Source: Vulcanimicrobiota bacterium
GTDB taxonomy: Bacteria > Vulcanimicrobiota > Vulcanimicrobiia > Vulcanimicrobiales > Vulcanimicrobiaceae
Reading direction: 5' to 3'
Assembly: GCA_003135555.1 (NCBI GenBank)
Contig: PLCF01000022.1
Span: 1 to 44,192, forward strand
Length of the DNA stretch: 44,192 nucleotides
The stretch's first letter is position 1, and the number at the start of each line of letters is the position of its first letter. Positions 28,533-37,744 of this stretch are shown in pieces. The position numbers and the translations under genes were made by a program. Below the pieces are notes generated by a model. The model was not told where the DNA came from. It saw only the letters and a list, made by a program, of their open reading frames with translations, and ran no database searches.

Positions 28533-28552
28533 GACGATTCTCCACAGCGCTA
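28440..28552 (+). ncRNA. Putative omegaRNA overlapping the tnpB 3' end (5' end unknown)
   Basis: GAGCA/TGCTC closing stem, CAGGC/GCCTG stem, CCGCTC/GAGCGG pseudoknot-type pairing; position expected for TnpB systems. Confidence 0.45.
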
Positions 28553-28621
28553 TGCACGGTCTCTCCACAGGGAGCCCGTCGTGCGTGCCGGGAAGTCGGC
28601 GGAGATGCGGTCACGGCTCGG

Positions 28622-31117
28622 ATGACGACGACCCTGACATGGTCGCCGATGCTCGAGCAGTACTTCGGGATGAAACATCGGTATCCCGAAGCGATCCTGC
28701 TGTCGCGCGTCGGCGACTTCTACGAGGCGTACGGTGAAGACGCCGAAACGATCGCTCGGGCGCTGTCGATCGCGCTGACCTCCAAAGAAGCCGGCGGCGG
28801 GCGGCGCGTCGCGATGGCGGGGGTGCCGCATCACGCGCTCGACGGCTACCTCGCGAAGCTGGTGGCACAACGGCGCGTGGTGGCGCTGGCGGAACAGCTC
28901 GAAGCGCCCATCCCCAACAAGCTGGTGCGCCGCGACGTGGTGCGCGTGGTGACCCCGGGGACGCTGCTCGAGGAGCACATCCTCGAGCGCTCCGCGCACA
29001 ATTACCTCGCCGCGATCACCGCCTACGACGACGTGATCGCGCTCGCCCACGCCGACATCTCCACCGGGCACGTCTCGGCGACCGCGTTCGACGGTGAATC
29101 GGCGCTCGAGGACGTGCTGGCCGAGATCGCGCGCCTCGATCCGGCCGAGCTCGTCGCCGACGTCCCAGCCGACGTTTGTGCCGCGTTGCGCGCGTCCCTG
29201 GAGAACGCGCAGACGCGCATCGCCGCGCCGGTGCTCGCCGCGGTCGCGGAGCGCGTGCGCGAACCACTCGACGGCTTTTCGTTCGATGCCTCGCTGGCGA
29301 TGCACCGCGCGCTCGACGCGCTGGGCGCCTTCGTCCGCCGGGTCAGCGTGCAGAGCGGCGGCGGCGCGCCGCTGCGCGAGCCGCAGTTCTACCGCCAGGC
29401 GACGTTCTTGGCGCTCGATCCCAACACGCGCAAACACCTCGAGCTCACCAAGGCGCTCGGCGCCAACCTGCGCGCGACGCTGTTGGCGACGATCGACCGC
29501 ACCCGCACGGCGATGGGGTCGCGCCTGCTCGGGCGCTGGGTCCTGGCGCCGCTCGTCGACGCCGGCGCGATCGGTGCCCGCGCCGACGCGGTCGAAGCGC
29601 TGCTGCGCGACGCGGCGCGACGGTTGGCGCTCCAAGACATCTTGCACGGTTGCTTCGATCTTGAGCGCATCGCGCAGAAGATTCGCTTCCGGCGCGTGCT
29701 GCCGCGCGACCTGGCGTCGCTGCGCCGCACGCTGGCGCTGCTCGACCCGATCGGCGACGCGCTGCGCGAACCGTCCCTGCCGCCGGCGGTGCAGGCGATC
29801 GCGGCGCGCGTCTGCGACTTCGACGACGCCCGGAACGAGCTCGCGGCAACGCTGGTCGACGAACCGCCCGCGACGCTGGCCGACGGCGGCGTGATTCGCG
29901 CCGAGGCCAGCCCGGAGCTGGCCGACTGCGTCGCGCTGCGCGGCGACGCGCGTTCTCGGATGGCCGCGCTCGAAGAGCGCGAGCGTGAGCGGACCGGCAT
30001 CAAGTCGCTCAAGGTCAAGTATGCCTCCGCGTTCGGCTACGCGATCGAAGTCCCCAAAGCGCAGATCGCGAACGTGCCGCCGGACTACACGCGCAAGCAA
30101 ACCTTGGCCAACGGCGAGCGGTACATCACCGCCGAGCTGCGCGAGCTCGACGTCGCCATCTCCTCGGCGGAGTCACGCCAGCTACGCCTCGAGCAGGCGC
30201 TGTACGAACGCCTGGTGGAGCGCATCGCCGAGCGGGTCGAGGACCTGCTCGCCACCGCCGACGGCCTGGCCGAGCTCGATGCCTACTGCTCGCTCGCGCA
30301 GGTCGCCGGCGAGCGCGGCTACGTGCGGCCGGCGTTCGGTGCGGACAGCACGATCGAGATCGTCGACGGCCGCCACCCGGTGATGGAAGCGCTGCTGGGC
30401 TCGTCGTTCGTCCCCAACGATCTGCGGTTGGGGGTCGACGCGACGCGCTTCATCCTGTTGACCGGGCCGAACATGGGCGGGAAATCGACCTATCTGCGGC
30501 AGACCGCCCTACTGGTGATCTTGGCGCAGATCGGCTCGTTCGTGCCGGCGCGTTCCGCGAAGCTCGGCATCGTCGACCGCATCTTCACGCGCATCGGTGC
30601 CGGGGACGACCTGGCGTCGGGCCAGTCGACGTTCTATATCGAGATGGCCGAGGCGGCGAACATCTTGCGCCGGGCGACCGACCGCAGCTTGCTGCTCATC
30701 GACGAGATCGGCCGCGGCACCGGGACCATCGACGGCCTGGCGATCGCGCAGGCCATCTGCGAGTACTTGCTCGAGCGCGAGACGCGTGCGCCGATGGCGC
30801 TGTTCGCGACCCACTTCCACGAGCTCGTCGCATTGGCCGACCGCTGGCCGCTGGTGGCGAACTACCACATCACCGCGGTCGAGACGACGAAGGGCGGGGC
30901 GCCCGTGTTCTCGCATCGCGTATTGCCGGGTTCGTCGTCGCGCTCGTTCGGCATCGAGGTCGCGCGCATGGCCGGGCTGCCGCCGGCGGTGGTGTCGCGA
31001 GCGCGCGAGATCGCCGGCGCGCTCGAAGACCGCGACAGCCTCGAAGTGACCGTTCCGCTGCGCGGGAAACTCTCTAAGCCCGGCGTGATCGAACAACCGC
31101 TGCTTTTCGAGATGTAA
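28622..31117 (+). CDS. mutS: DNA mismatch repair protein MutS
   Basis: GDFYE, MAGVP, TGPNMGGKST, STFYIEM, DEIGRGT, ATHFHEL. Confidence 0.97.
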   Translation: MTTTLTWSPMLEQYFGMKHRYPEAILLSRVGDFYEAYGEDAETIARALSIALTSKEAGGGRRVAMAGVPHHALDGYLAKLVAQRRVVALAEQLEAPIPNKLVRRDVVRVVTPGTLLEEHILERSAHNYLAAITAYDDVIALAHADISTGHVSATAFDGESALEDVLAEIARLDPAELVADVPADVCAALRASLENAQTRIAAPVLAAVAERVREPLDGFSFDASLAMHRALDALGAFVRRVSVQSGGGAPLREPQFYRQATFLALDPNTRKHLELTKALGANLRATLLATIDRTRTAMGSRLLGRWVLAPLVDAGAIGARADAVEALLRDAARRLALQDILHGCFDLERIAQKIRFRRVLPRDLASLRRTLALLDPIGDALREPSLPPAVQAIAARVCDFDDARNELAATLVDEPPATLADGGVIRAEASPELADCVALRGDARSRMAALEERERERTGIKSLKVKYASAFGYAIEVPKAQIANVPPDYTRKQTLANGERYITAELRELDVAISSAESRQLRLEQALYERLVERIAERVEDLLATADGLAELDAYCSLAQVAGERGYVRPAFGADSTIEIVDGRHPVMEALLGSSFVPNDLRLGVDATRFILLTGPNMGGKSTYLRQTALLVILAQIGSFVPARSAKLGIVDRIFTRIGAGDDLASGQSTFYIEMAEAANILRRATDRSLLLIDEIGRGTGTIDGLAIAQAICEYLLERETRAPMALFATHFHELVALADRWPLVANYHITAVETTKGGAPVFSHRVLPGSSSRSFGIEVARMAGLPPAVVSRAREIAGALEDRDSLEVTVPLRGKLSKPGVIEQPLLFEM

Positions 31118-31248
31118 GTGCGTTATCGTGTATGCGGTTGCGCATACACGTTCACGCGCTTCAACTGCCAGGGCGACAACGCGCAGCCACGAAGCGGACA
31201 CCATGCGGCAACCCGACGAGCAGCACACTGCGGTGAGTGCGCTGTCAA
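31118..31248 (+). other. Structured non-coding segment, possible IS200/IS605-derived remnant or omegaRNA-like RNA
   Basis: Perfect 10-bp hairpin 31127-31150, second hairpin 31221-31244 followed by TCAA, local similarity to the tnpB 3' end. Confidence 0.45.
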
Positions 31249-31336
31249 GCAGCTCGACGCGCTCGTCGGGGCCGATGATCCCGACCTCGCCCATGCGATA
31301 ATACGCTGCCACGGTGATCGGACGAATCTGAACCAC
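31244..31336 (-). pseudogene. Truncated Uma2-family endonuclease (N-terminal fragment)
   Basis: ITVAAYYRMGEVGIIGPDERVELLD matches the Uma2 N-terminal consensus (TV.EY.RM...G....ERVEL.DG); similarity stops abruptly. Confidence 0.7.
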
Positions 31337-31459
31337 GTCCTCTTCTGCTGCTGCCGAAACCGCCGGTGCCGCTGGCTTTCCCCGACGACGCCGTGCCCGT
31401 CGACCAGATCCTGCCGCCGCCTGCCCGGTAGCCGGACGGTTCGCGGCGAAGGGGACGCC

Positions 31460-31825
31460 GTGCCCGTTCCATTCCTGGCTTACGACCACGTGCAGCTCGC
31501 GATGCCTCCGGGACGCGAGGACGACGCGCGCGCCTTTTACGTCGGGACGTGCGGGATGACCGAGCTGCCCAAGCCGCACGAGCTCGCCAAACGCGGCGGG
31601 GCGTGGTTCGCCAGCGGCGAGCTGCAGTTGCACCTCGGAATCGAATCGGACTTTCGACCCTCGGCAAAGGCGCATCCCGCGCTGCGCTGCGGCGATCTCG
31701 AAGCGCTCGTCGAGCGGCTGCGCGCGGCCGGGTGCGACGTGCGCGACGACATCAGCGTCCCGGGGATCCGCCGCGCGTTCGTCAACGACCCGTTCGGAAA
31801 CCGACTCGAGCTAATCGCGGCGTGA
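31460..31825 (+). CDS. VOC/glyoxalase family protein
   Basis: DHVQLAMP..EDDARAFY...QLHLG...HPAL...DPFGNRLEL. Confidence 0.88.
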   Translation: MPVPFLAYDHVQLAMPPGREDDARAFYVGTCGMTELPKPHELAKRGGAWFASGELQLHLGIESDFRPSAKAHPALRCGDLEALVERLRAAGCDVRDDISVPGIRRAFVNDPFGNRLELIAA

Positions 31826-33489
31826 TCCGGCTCCTAGACCCACAGACGATCGGTCAGATCGCGGCCGGCGAGGTCATCGAGCGGCCGCTCTCGGTCGTCA
31901 AGGAGCTCGTCGAGAACGCGCTCGACGCCGACGCGACCCGGATCACGGTGCGCGTGCGCGGCGGCGGCCTGATCGAGATCGAAGTCGCGGACGACGGCGT
32001 GGGCATCGCGCCGGCCGATCTCCCGCTGGCCGTGACGCGGCACGCCACCTCGAAGATCGCCGGCGCGGCGGAGTTGGCGCACGTCGACACGTTGGGTTTT
32101 CGGGGCGAAGGTCTCGCCTCGATCGCGGCGGTCGCCAAGGTGACCGTCGTGTCGCGTACTACCGGTGCCGACCTCGCGACGGCGCTGGATGCGCACGCCG
32201 ACGCGATCGGGGAACCGCGGCCGCTGGCGGGGCCGCTCGGGACGCGCGTCGTGGTGCGCGAGCTGTTCGGCAACGTCCCGGTCCGGCGCGAGTACCTGCG
32301 TTCACCGGCCGCGGAGTTCGCGCGCATCGCGTCATGGCTGGCGACGCTCGCGCTGGCGTATCCGCAGGTTGGGTTCACGCTCGAGCACGACGGCAAGACC
32401 GCGTTCGCGTTCGCGCCCGGTGAGGATCTCGCGCCGCGTTTGCGGCACGTCTTCGGCGCGGCGGCGGCGATGGTTCCGCTGCGTTCGGAGGACCGTCACG
32501 CCGCCGTCAGCGGTTGGGTCAGCTCGCCGGGTGACGACCGCCCCGATCGCCGCAACCAGATCCTGTTCGTGAACGGGCGGCTGCTGCGCAGCACGCTGGT
32601 GAGCGGCGCCTGGGCCGCGGCGTACCGCACCTTCGCGATGGTCGGACGGCATCCGTACGGGGTGCTGTACCTGCAGATCCCCGCCGCTGAAGTCGATCCC
32701 AACGTCCACCCGACCAAGAGCGACGTACGCCTGCGCCACGGCGACCGCGTCGTCGCCGCGGTCAAGGATGCGATCGGGTCGGCGTTGCGCCGCGGTGCCG
32801 TCGAGCGGCTCGAACGCTCGATCTCGTTTGCGCCGCCGTCACGCGAGTCCGGAAGCGTGCCGGTGGACTGGGCCGACACGTTGCTGGCGCCGAGCGCGCC
32901 CGTCGCCGGCACCGAACGCAAAACGCTGCGCGTGCTGGCTCAGATCGACCGCACCTTCATCCTCGCCAGCGACGGCGACGCCGTGGTGCTCATCGACCAG
33001 CACGCCGCACACGAACGCATCGTCTTCGAGCAACTCGCGGCAAACGCGTCCGCGCACGCCGCCGCCGAGCGGCTGCTCATCCCCTACACGTTCGAAGTCC
33101 GGCCCGAAGACGCCGACCGGCTCGATGCGACGCTCGAGTCGCTGGCCGCGGGCGGTTTACACGTCGAGCCATTCGGCGAGCACGCCTACCGCGTGACGGC
33201 GACGCCGGCGCGACTCGTGCACGCGGGCCGTACGCGGCCGTTCGACGTCGCCGAGTTCATCGCGTGCCTTGCCGACGACGCTCGCGGGCTCGACGCCGAT
33301 CAGCGCGTGTGGGCGTCGCTGGCGTGCCATTCGGTGGTAACCGCCGGCGAGAAGCTCGAGTATCCGGAGATGACGGCGCTCGTCGAGCGCTTGCAGCGCT
33401 GCGAGAACCCGATGCACTGCCCGCACGGCCGCCCCACGATCGTGCGCCTCGAACCCGACCACATCGCCCGGCTCTTCAAACGGATGTGA
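31822..33489 (+). CDS. mutL: DNA mismatch repair endonuclease MutL
   Basis: IAAGEVIERP, GFRGEGLASI, DPNVHPTK, and endonuclease motifs DQHAAHER, ACH, CPHGRP. Confidence 0.97.
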   Translation: MIRLLDPQTIGQIAAGEVIERPLSVVKELVENALDADATRITVRVRGGGLIEIEVADDGVGIAPADLPLAVTRHATSKIAGAAELAHVDTLGFRGEGLASIAAVAKVTVVSRTTGADLATALDAHADAIGEPRPLAGPLGTRVVVRELFGNVPVRREYLRSPAAEFARIASWLATLALAYPQVGFTLEHDGKTAFAFAPGEDLAPRLRHVFGAAAAMVPLRSEDRHAAVSGWVSSPGDDRPDRRNQILFVNGRLLRSTLVSGAWAAAYRTFAMVGRHPYGVLYLQIPAAEVDPNVHPTKSDVRLRHGDRVVAAVKDAIGSALRRGAVERLERSISFAPPSRESGSVPVDWADTLLAPSAPVAGTERKTLRVLAQIDRTFILASDGDAVVLIDQHAAHERIVFEQLAANASAHAAAERLLIPYTFEVRPEDADRLDATLESLAAGGLHVEPFGEHAYRVTATPARLVHAGRTRPFDVAEFIACLADDARGLDADQRVWASLACHSVVTAGEKLEYPEMTALVERLQRCENPMHCPHGRPTIVRLEPDHIARLFKRM

Positions 33490-34400
33490 CGCCGGGCGTC
33501 CTGATCCTCGCCGGCCAGACGGCGTCGGGCAAGAGCGCGCTCGCGCTCGAGCTGGCCGAGCGGTTCGGCGCCGAGATCGTCGGTGCGGACTCACGGCAGG
33601 TCTACCGCGGGATGCCGATCGGCACCGCCGCGCCCAGCGATGCCGAGCGCGCTCGCGTGCCGCATCATCTCGTCGGCTTCGTCGACCCGCAGGACCGCTA
33701 TTCGGCCGCGCGTTTCGTCGCCGACGCGCTGCGTGCGATCGAGGAGATTCGCGCGCGCGGAAAGCGCGCGCTCGTCGTCGGCGGGACCGGGTTCTACGTG
33801 CGCGCGCTCACGGGTGACGTCACGCTGTCGTCGATCTACGATCCGGTCCTGCGCGAACGCCTCGCCCACGAAGCCCGCGTGCATCCGCCTGCCGTGCTGG
33901 CGGACTGGCTGCGGGCGCTCGCGCCCGGGCGTGCGCTCACGATCGCGCCAAACGACCCGTATCGCGTGGCGCGCGCGCTCGAGATCGCGCTCGCCCAACG
34001 CAGCCCAGCCGCCCCGCGACACGCCGCGGTCCTTGGAGAGGCGCAGCACGACGGTTCGAATCTTCGGACGCGCGGCATTCCGTTCCGCAAACTCTATCTC
34101 ACGATCGAACCCGATGAGCTCGAACGGCGCATCGCGCGTCGCGTCGAGTCGATGCTCGCGAACGGGCTGCTGGAAGAAGCCGAGCGTGTCGGTGCCGGCG
34201 CCGTTGCGGCCGACGCCGTCGGCTATCACGAGGCCTTGGCGTACTTGGCGGGCTTATCCACCGACGCCGAGCTACGTGCGCAACTCATCCGAAACACGCG
34301 GCGCTACGCAAAGCGCCAGGCGACGTGGTTTCGGACCGAACCGGAGATCGTTGCGCTCACCGGCCCGGAGCTGCTCGAGCGGATCGGCGCCTATTGGTAG
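33486..34400 (+). CDS. miaA: tRNA dimethylallyltransferase
   Basis: GQTASGKS, DSRQVY, VPHHL, VGGTGFY, YAKRQATWF. Confidence 0.96.
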   Translation: MTPGVLILAGQTASGKSALALELAERFGAEIVGADSRQVYRGMPIGTAAPSDAERARVPHHLVGFVDPQDRYSAARFVADALRAIEEIRARGKRALVVGGTGFYVRALTGDVTLSSIYDPVLRERLAHEARVHPPAVLADWLRALAPGRALTIAPNDPYRVARALEIALAQRSPAAPRHAAVLGEAQHDGSNLRTRGIPFRKLYLTIEPDELERRIARRVESMLANGLLEEAERVGAGAVAADAVGYHEALAYLAGLSTDAELRAQLIRNTRRYAKRQATWFRTEPEIVALTGPELLERIGAYW

Positions 34401-34435
34401 ACGGGAGTCCAGCGGGCTGGGGATAAGGCTCTCGT

Positions 34436-34708
34436 ATGACCCCGCCGACAAACTCAGGACCGCGCCCGCCGCAGCTCCAAGACGCCTACTTGTCCGAAGT
34501 GAAGCGCCAAGCCGTGCCCGTCACCATTTACCTCGTCAACGGGTTTCAGATGCGGGGCGTGGTGAAGGGCTTCGATTCCTTCACGATCGTCATCGAATCC
34601 GAGAAGAAGGCGCATCTGATCTACAAGCACGCGGTCTCGACGATCTCGCCGAACGGCGCGGTCGCCGCTCCCCTCGTCCGGGAAGACGCGGAGGCGGTCG
34701 CGCCGTGA
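34436..34708 (+). CDS. hfq: RNA chaperone Hfq
   Basis: LQDAYL, YLVNGFQMRG..GFD, LIYKHAVSTI; follows miaA. Confidence 0.95.
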   Translation: MTPPTNSGPRPPQLQDAYLSEVKRQAVPVTIYLVNGFQMRGVVKGFDSFTIVIESEKKAHLIYKHAVSTISPNGAVAAPLVREDAEAVAP

Positions 34709-35475
34709 CGACCGGCGTTCCGATCGTCAAGACGAACGGAACCGGGAACGACTTCGTGCTTGTCGACGAGCGTCTAGCGGCGGTCGACGATCCGGCCGCG
34801 TTCGCCCGGCGCATCTGTGACCGCTCCGACGGCGTCGGAGCCGACGGGGTTCTGTTCCTGCAAGCCTCGGAGCACTACGATGCGCGGATGCGCATCGTGA
34901 ACGCCGACGGCAGCGATGCGGAGATGTGCGGCAACGGGATGCGCTGCGTGGCCCGCTACCTCGACGAGCACGACGGCATCGACGCGGCGACGGTCGAGAC
35001 GACCGCCGGCCCCATCGCGACGCGGATCCTTTCGCGTCAGCCCTACCGCGTCGCGGTCGAGATGGGCGAGCCGCGCATCGGCGAGCCGCACGAGGTCGCG
35101 GGCTTGCTCGCGACGGCGGTGGACGTGGGCAACCCGCACGTCGTGGTGCGCGTCGACGACGTCGATGACGTCGACGTGGACCGGGTCGGCCCGCGGATCG
35201 AGCGCGACGCGCGCTATCCGGGCGGCACCAACGTGCATTTCGTCGCCCGCCGCGGCGATCGTTGGCGCGTGCGGCATTGGGAACGCGGCGCGGGCGCGAC
35301 GCAGGCGTGCGGAACGGGCGCGGTCGCGGTCGCGGCGGTGCTGATCGCGGCCGGCGAGGCGGCCGCACCGGTCGTGCTGGACGTTCCGGGCGGGGTGCTC
35401 GAGGTGCAGTGGAAGCCGGGCGAACGCGCAACGCTCATCGGCGACGCCGTGCGGGAGTTCGAGCAGGTCGTCTGA
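34705..35475 (+). CDS. dapF: Diaminopimelate epimerase
   Basis: GTGNDF, EMCGNG, GNPH, ERGAGATQACGTG. Confidence 0.95.
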   Translation: MTTGVPIVKTNGTGNDFVLVDERLAAVDDPAAFARRICDRSDGVGADGVLFLQASEHYDARMRIVNADGSDAEMCGNGMRCVARYLDEHDGIDAATVETTAGPIATRILSRQPYRVAVEMGEPRIGEPHEVAGLLATAVDVGNPHVVVRVDDVDDVDVDRVGPRIERDARYPGGTNVHFVARRGDRWRVRHWERGAGATQACGTGAVAVAAVLIAAGEAAAPVVLDVPGGVLEVQWKPGERATLIGDAVREFEQVV

Positions 35476-36686
35476 TGACCGGGCTGGCCTACACCGATGC
35501 CCGCGGACGGATCTTCTTCGACGAGACGCGTTCGCCGCTCGCCGACGGCGGGATCGAACGCTCGCCCCGGAGCGAGGAACTCATCCCGGCGCCCCCCGGC
35601 ACGGTGAGCACGATGTTGCCCGGACGTGCCCCGCTGCTGCGCGGCGGCGGCGTCGCGTCACGCCGCACGGCGCTGGCGGCGCTGCTCCCCGCCGGCTTCA
35701 CGCGACTGCTGCTGCCGGCGTATCGACGACTGCCCGAGGCACCCGCCTTGCCGCTGTTCGGATACACCTTCGCCTGCGTCGTCGACGATGCGCTCCACGT
35801 CGCGGCGATGCGCACCGACGAAAGTGAGGACTGGACGCCGCGCTACTTCGCCGAGGGCGAGCTCGACGCGCTGTTGCGCCGCCGCCAAGCCGACGATCCG
35901 GGCAACCGTACCCTCGCGCAGCTGGCGATCTGCTCGCACGACTACGGCTGTTTCACCGCGCAGAACGTTTTTCTGGAACGCGGCGAAGCCGCGCTGCCGG
36001 TCTCGCCGCGCTGCAACGCCGCCTGCGTCGGCTGCATCTCGGAACTCGCCCCCGACGCCGGCTTGCCGTCGCCGCAGCAACGCGTGGCCTTCGAAGCCGA
36101 CGCCGGCGACGTGGCGCGCATCGCGATCCGGCACCTCGAACGCGTGCCGGACGGCATCGTGTCGTTCGGCCAAGGCTGCGAGGGCGAGCCGCTGCTGCGG
36201 GTGACGACACTGGAACGTACGATCGCGGCGGTGCGTGCCCGGCGCCCTAACGGAACGATCAACCTCAACACCAACGGCTCGCTGCCCGGCAGCCTCGCGC
36301 GCCTGATCGACGCGGGGCTGCAAGCGGTGCGGATCAGCTTGAACTCGTTCCGGCCCGACGTATACGCGGCGTACTATCGTCCGATCGGATACGCGCTCGA
36401 CGACGTGCTGGAATCGATCGCGCTCGCGGCACGGCGCGGCCTGCGCGTCTCGCTGAATTTGCTCACCCATCCCGGCGTCACCGACGAGCGCGCCGAGGTC
36501 GAGGCGCTCGAGCGCTTCCTGGCCGAGCATCGCGTGACGATGGTGCAGACTCGCACGCTGAACATCGATCCCGAGCTGTACTTCGCGCAAGTCGGCCGGC
36601 CGCAGGAACCGCTCGGGATGCGCGAGGCGCTGCGCCGCATCGTTTCCGCCGGCGTCGCGCTAGGCAACTTCACCCACACGCACTGA
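35475..36686 (+). CDS. Uncharacterised radical SAM protein
   Basis: CNAACVGC (CxxxCxxC), SFGQGCEGEPL, NTNGS, RISLNS; TGATG-coupled to dapF. Confidence 0.88.
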   Translation: MTGLAYTDARGRIFFDETRSPLADGGIERSPRSEELIPAPPGTVSTMLPGRAPLLRGGGVASRRTALAALLPAGFTRLLLPAYRRLPEAPALPLFGYTFACVVDDALHVAAMRTDESEDWTPRYFAEGELDALLRRRQADDPGNRTLAQLAICSHDYGCFTAQNVFLERGEAALPVSPRCNAACVGCISELAPDAGLPSPQQRVAFEADAGDVARIAIRHLERVPDGIVSFGQGCEGEPLLRVTTLERTIAAVRARRPNGTINLNTNGSLPGSLARLIDAGLQAVRISLNSFRPDVYAAYYRPIGYALDDVLESIALAARRGLRVSLNLLTHPGVTDERAEVEALERFLAEHRVTMVQTRTLNIDPELYFAQVGRPQEPLGMREALRRIVSAGVALGNFTHTH

Positions 36687-36693
36687 GGCCGGC

Positions 36694-37686
36694 TCACAAC
36701 GCTAGCGGTGCTTCGGTACCGACCGGCGTGGCGGCGCCCGCTGACGAGTTCGGGGCGGCAGCTTTGCGGTGATGGTGCGCGGGTCGAGCGTGCGGCGCGT
36801 GGACGGCGCGTCCTTTGGGCGCGCCGTGGGTGATCGCGTCGCCGCCGAGCGCGAGTCCCTGGGCGTGCGTCGTCACGTCGACCCCGGCGCCGGTGCTGCG
36901 CAGCGTCGTCGCGATGGAACCTGCGCCGCCGTTGTTCGCACCGACCGTCAGCGAACCGTCCTGGTTCGCGGTGACGGTTTCACCGCCCGAGAGCGTCGCC
37001 GACTCACCTTTGCCGAGCGCGACCTCATTCAAGTTGTCGAAGATCGAGTACGACCCGTCGCGGTTCATCGTGACCGCGGCTTGATCGAAGTTGGTGTGCA
37101 CGGTTGCGGACTGGTTGTAGGTGACGCCGTTGGCGTCGGGCGTCGTGACCGCCGTCGAGACCCGATATCCACCTTCGATCTGGTTGCTGTGGACGAGATC
37201 GTCATGGCCGGTCATGCTGTCCCAGCGCACGTCGACCGGGCCGCCGCCGCCCGGCCCGACGCTCGTCCCGACTTCGGCGATGTGGGGATCGCCGGTCGAG
37301 CTCACGTCGACGTTGCTGAACGGCTGTTCGTAGCCGGTCGCGCCCGTACTCGGCGCCGGCCCCTGGTTCGGCGGCGTCCCGGCCGGCGACGCGCCGTTGA
37401 GCAACGCGCCGACGAGCTGTTGCAAGACGGAGAGGAGGCCCGAGAGGAGCCCGGAGACGCCGTTGCCGCCAGAGCCGTCGCCGCCGAACGCGCCGCCGAA
37501 CGCGCCGCCGGGTTGCGTCGCTGCGGCGGTTCCGCAGGTCCACCATGGGCGCGCGATCGCGTCGGGTTGTGCGGCGCCGAACGGACCCGCGCCGCTCCCC
37601 GGCTGGTTCACCGCGTTCCAGCCGGCGCTCGCGTCGAGCGACGAGAAGTCGATGGTCGGCCCCAAGGCGGGCCATTGTGTCTGCAT
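36694..37686 (-). CDS. Gly-rich hypothetical protein with GDPH motif (DUF1521/MIIA-like or VWD-like domain)
   Basis: Low-complexity N-terminus, amphipathic LLSGLLSVLQQLVGALL helix, STGDPH followed by a beta-rich domain. Confidence 0.65.
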   Translation of the reverse strand: MQTQWPALGPTIDFSSLDASAGWNAVNQPGSGAGPFGAAQPDAIARPWWTCGTAAATQPGGAFGGAFGGDGSGGNGVSGLLSGLLSVLQQLVGALLNGASPAGTPPNQGPAPSTGATGYEQPFSNVDVSSTGDPHIAEVGTSVGPGGGGPVDVRWDSMTGHDDLVHSNQIEGGYRVSTAVTTPDANGVTYNQSATVHTNFDQAAVTMNRDGSYSIFDNLNEVALGKGESATLSGGETVTANQDGSLTVGANNGGAGSIATTLRSTGAGVDVTTHAQGLALGGDAITHGAPKGRAVHAPHARPAHHHRKAAAPNSSAGAATPVGTEAPLAL

Positions 37687-37744
37687 GCTGGTCGTCTCCG
37701 GAGCAAAGTGGTCGCTTCCCCGATCACCCCGCCAGGATCAACGG

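Noticed and set aside
31118..31459. Cys-rich N-terminal extension of the VOC ORF
   Set aside because: Overlaps the hairpins and the antisense Uma2 fragment; VOC similarity starts at 31460
33583..35475. 630-aa ORF suggesting a DapF fusion
   Set aside because: The upstream part is an off-frame read-through of miaA/hfq; dapF starts at GTG 34705
37480..37510. 12-bp tandem repeat GCCGCCGAACGC
   Set aside because: In-frame GGAF coding repeat, not a CRISPR or regulatory array
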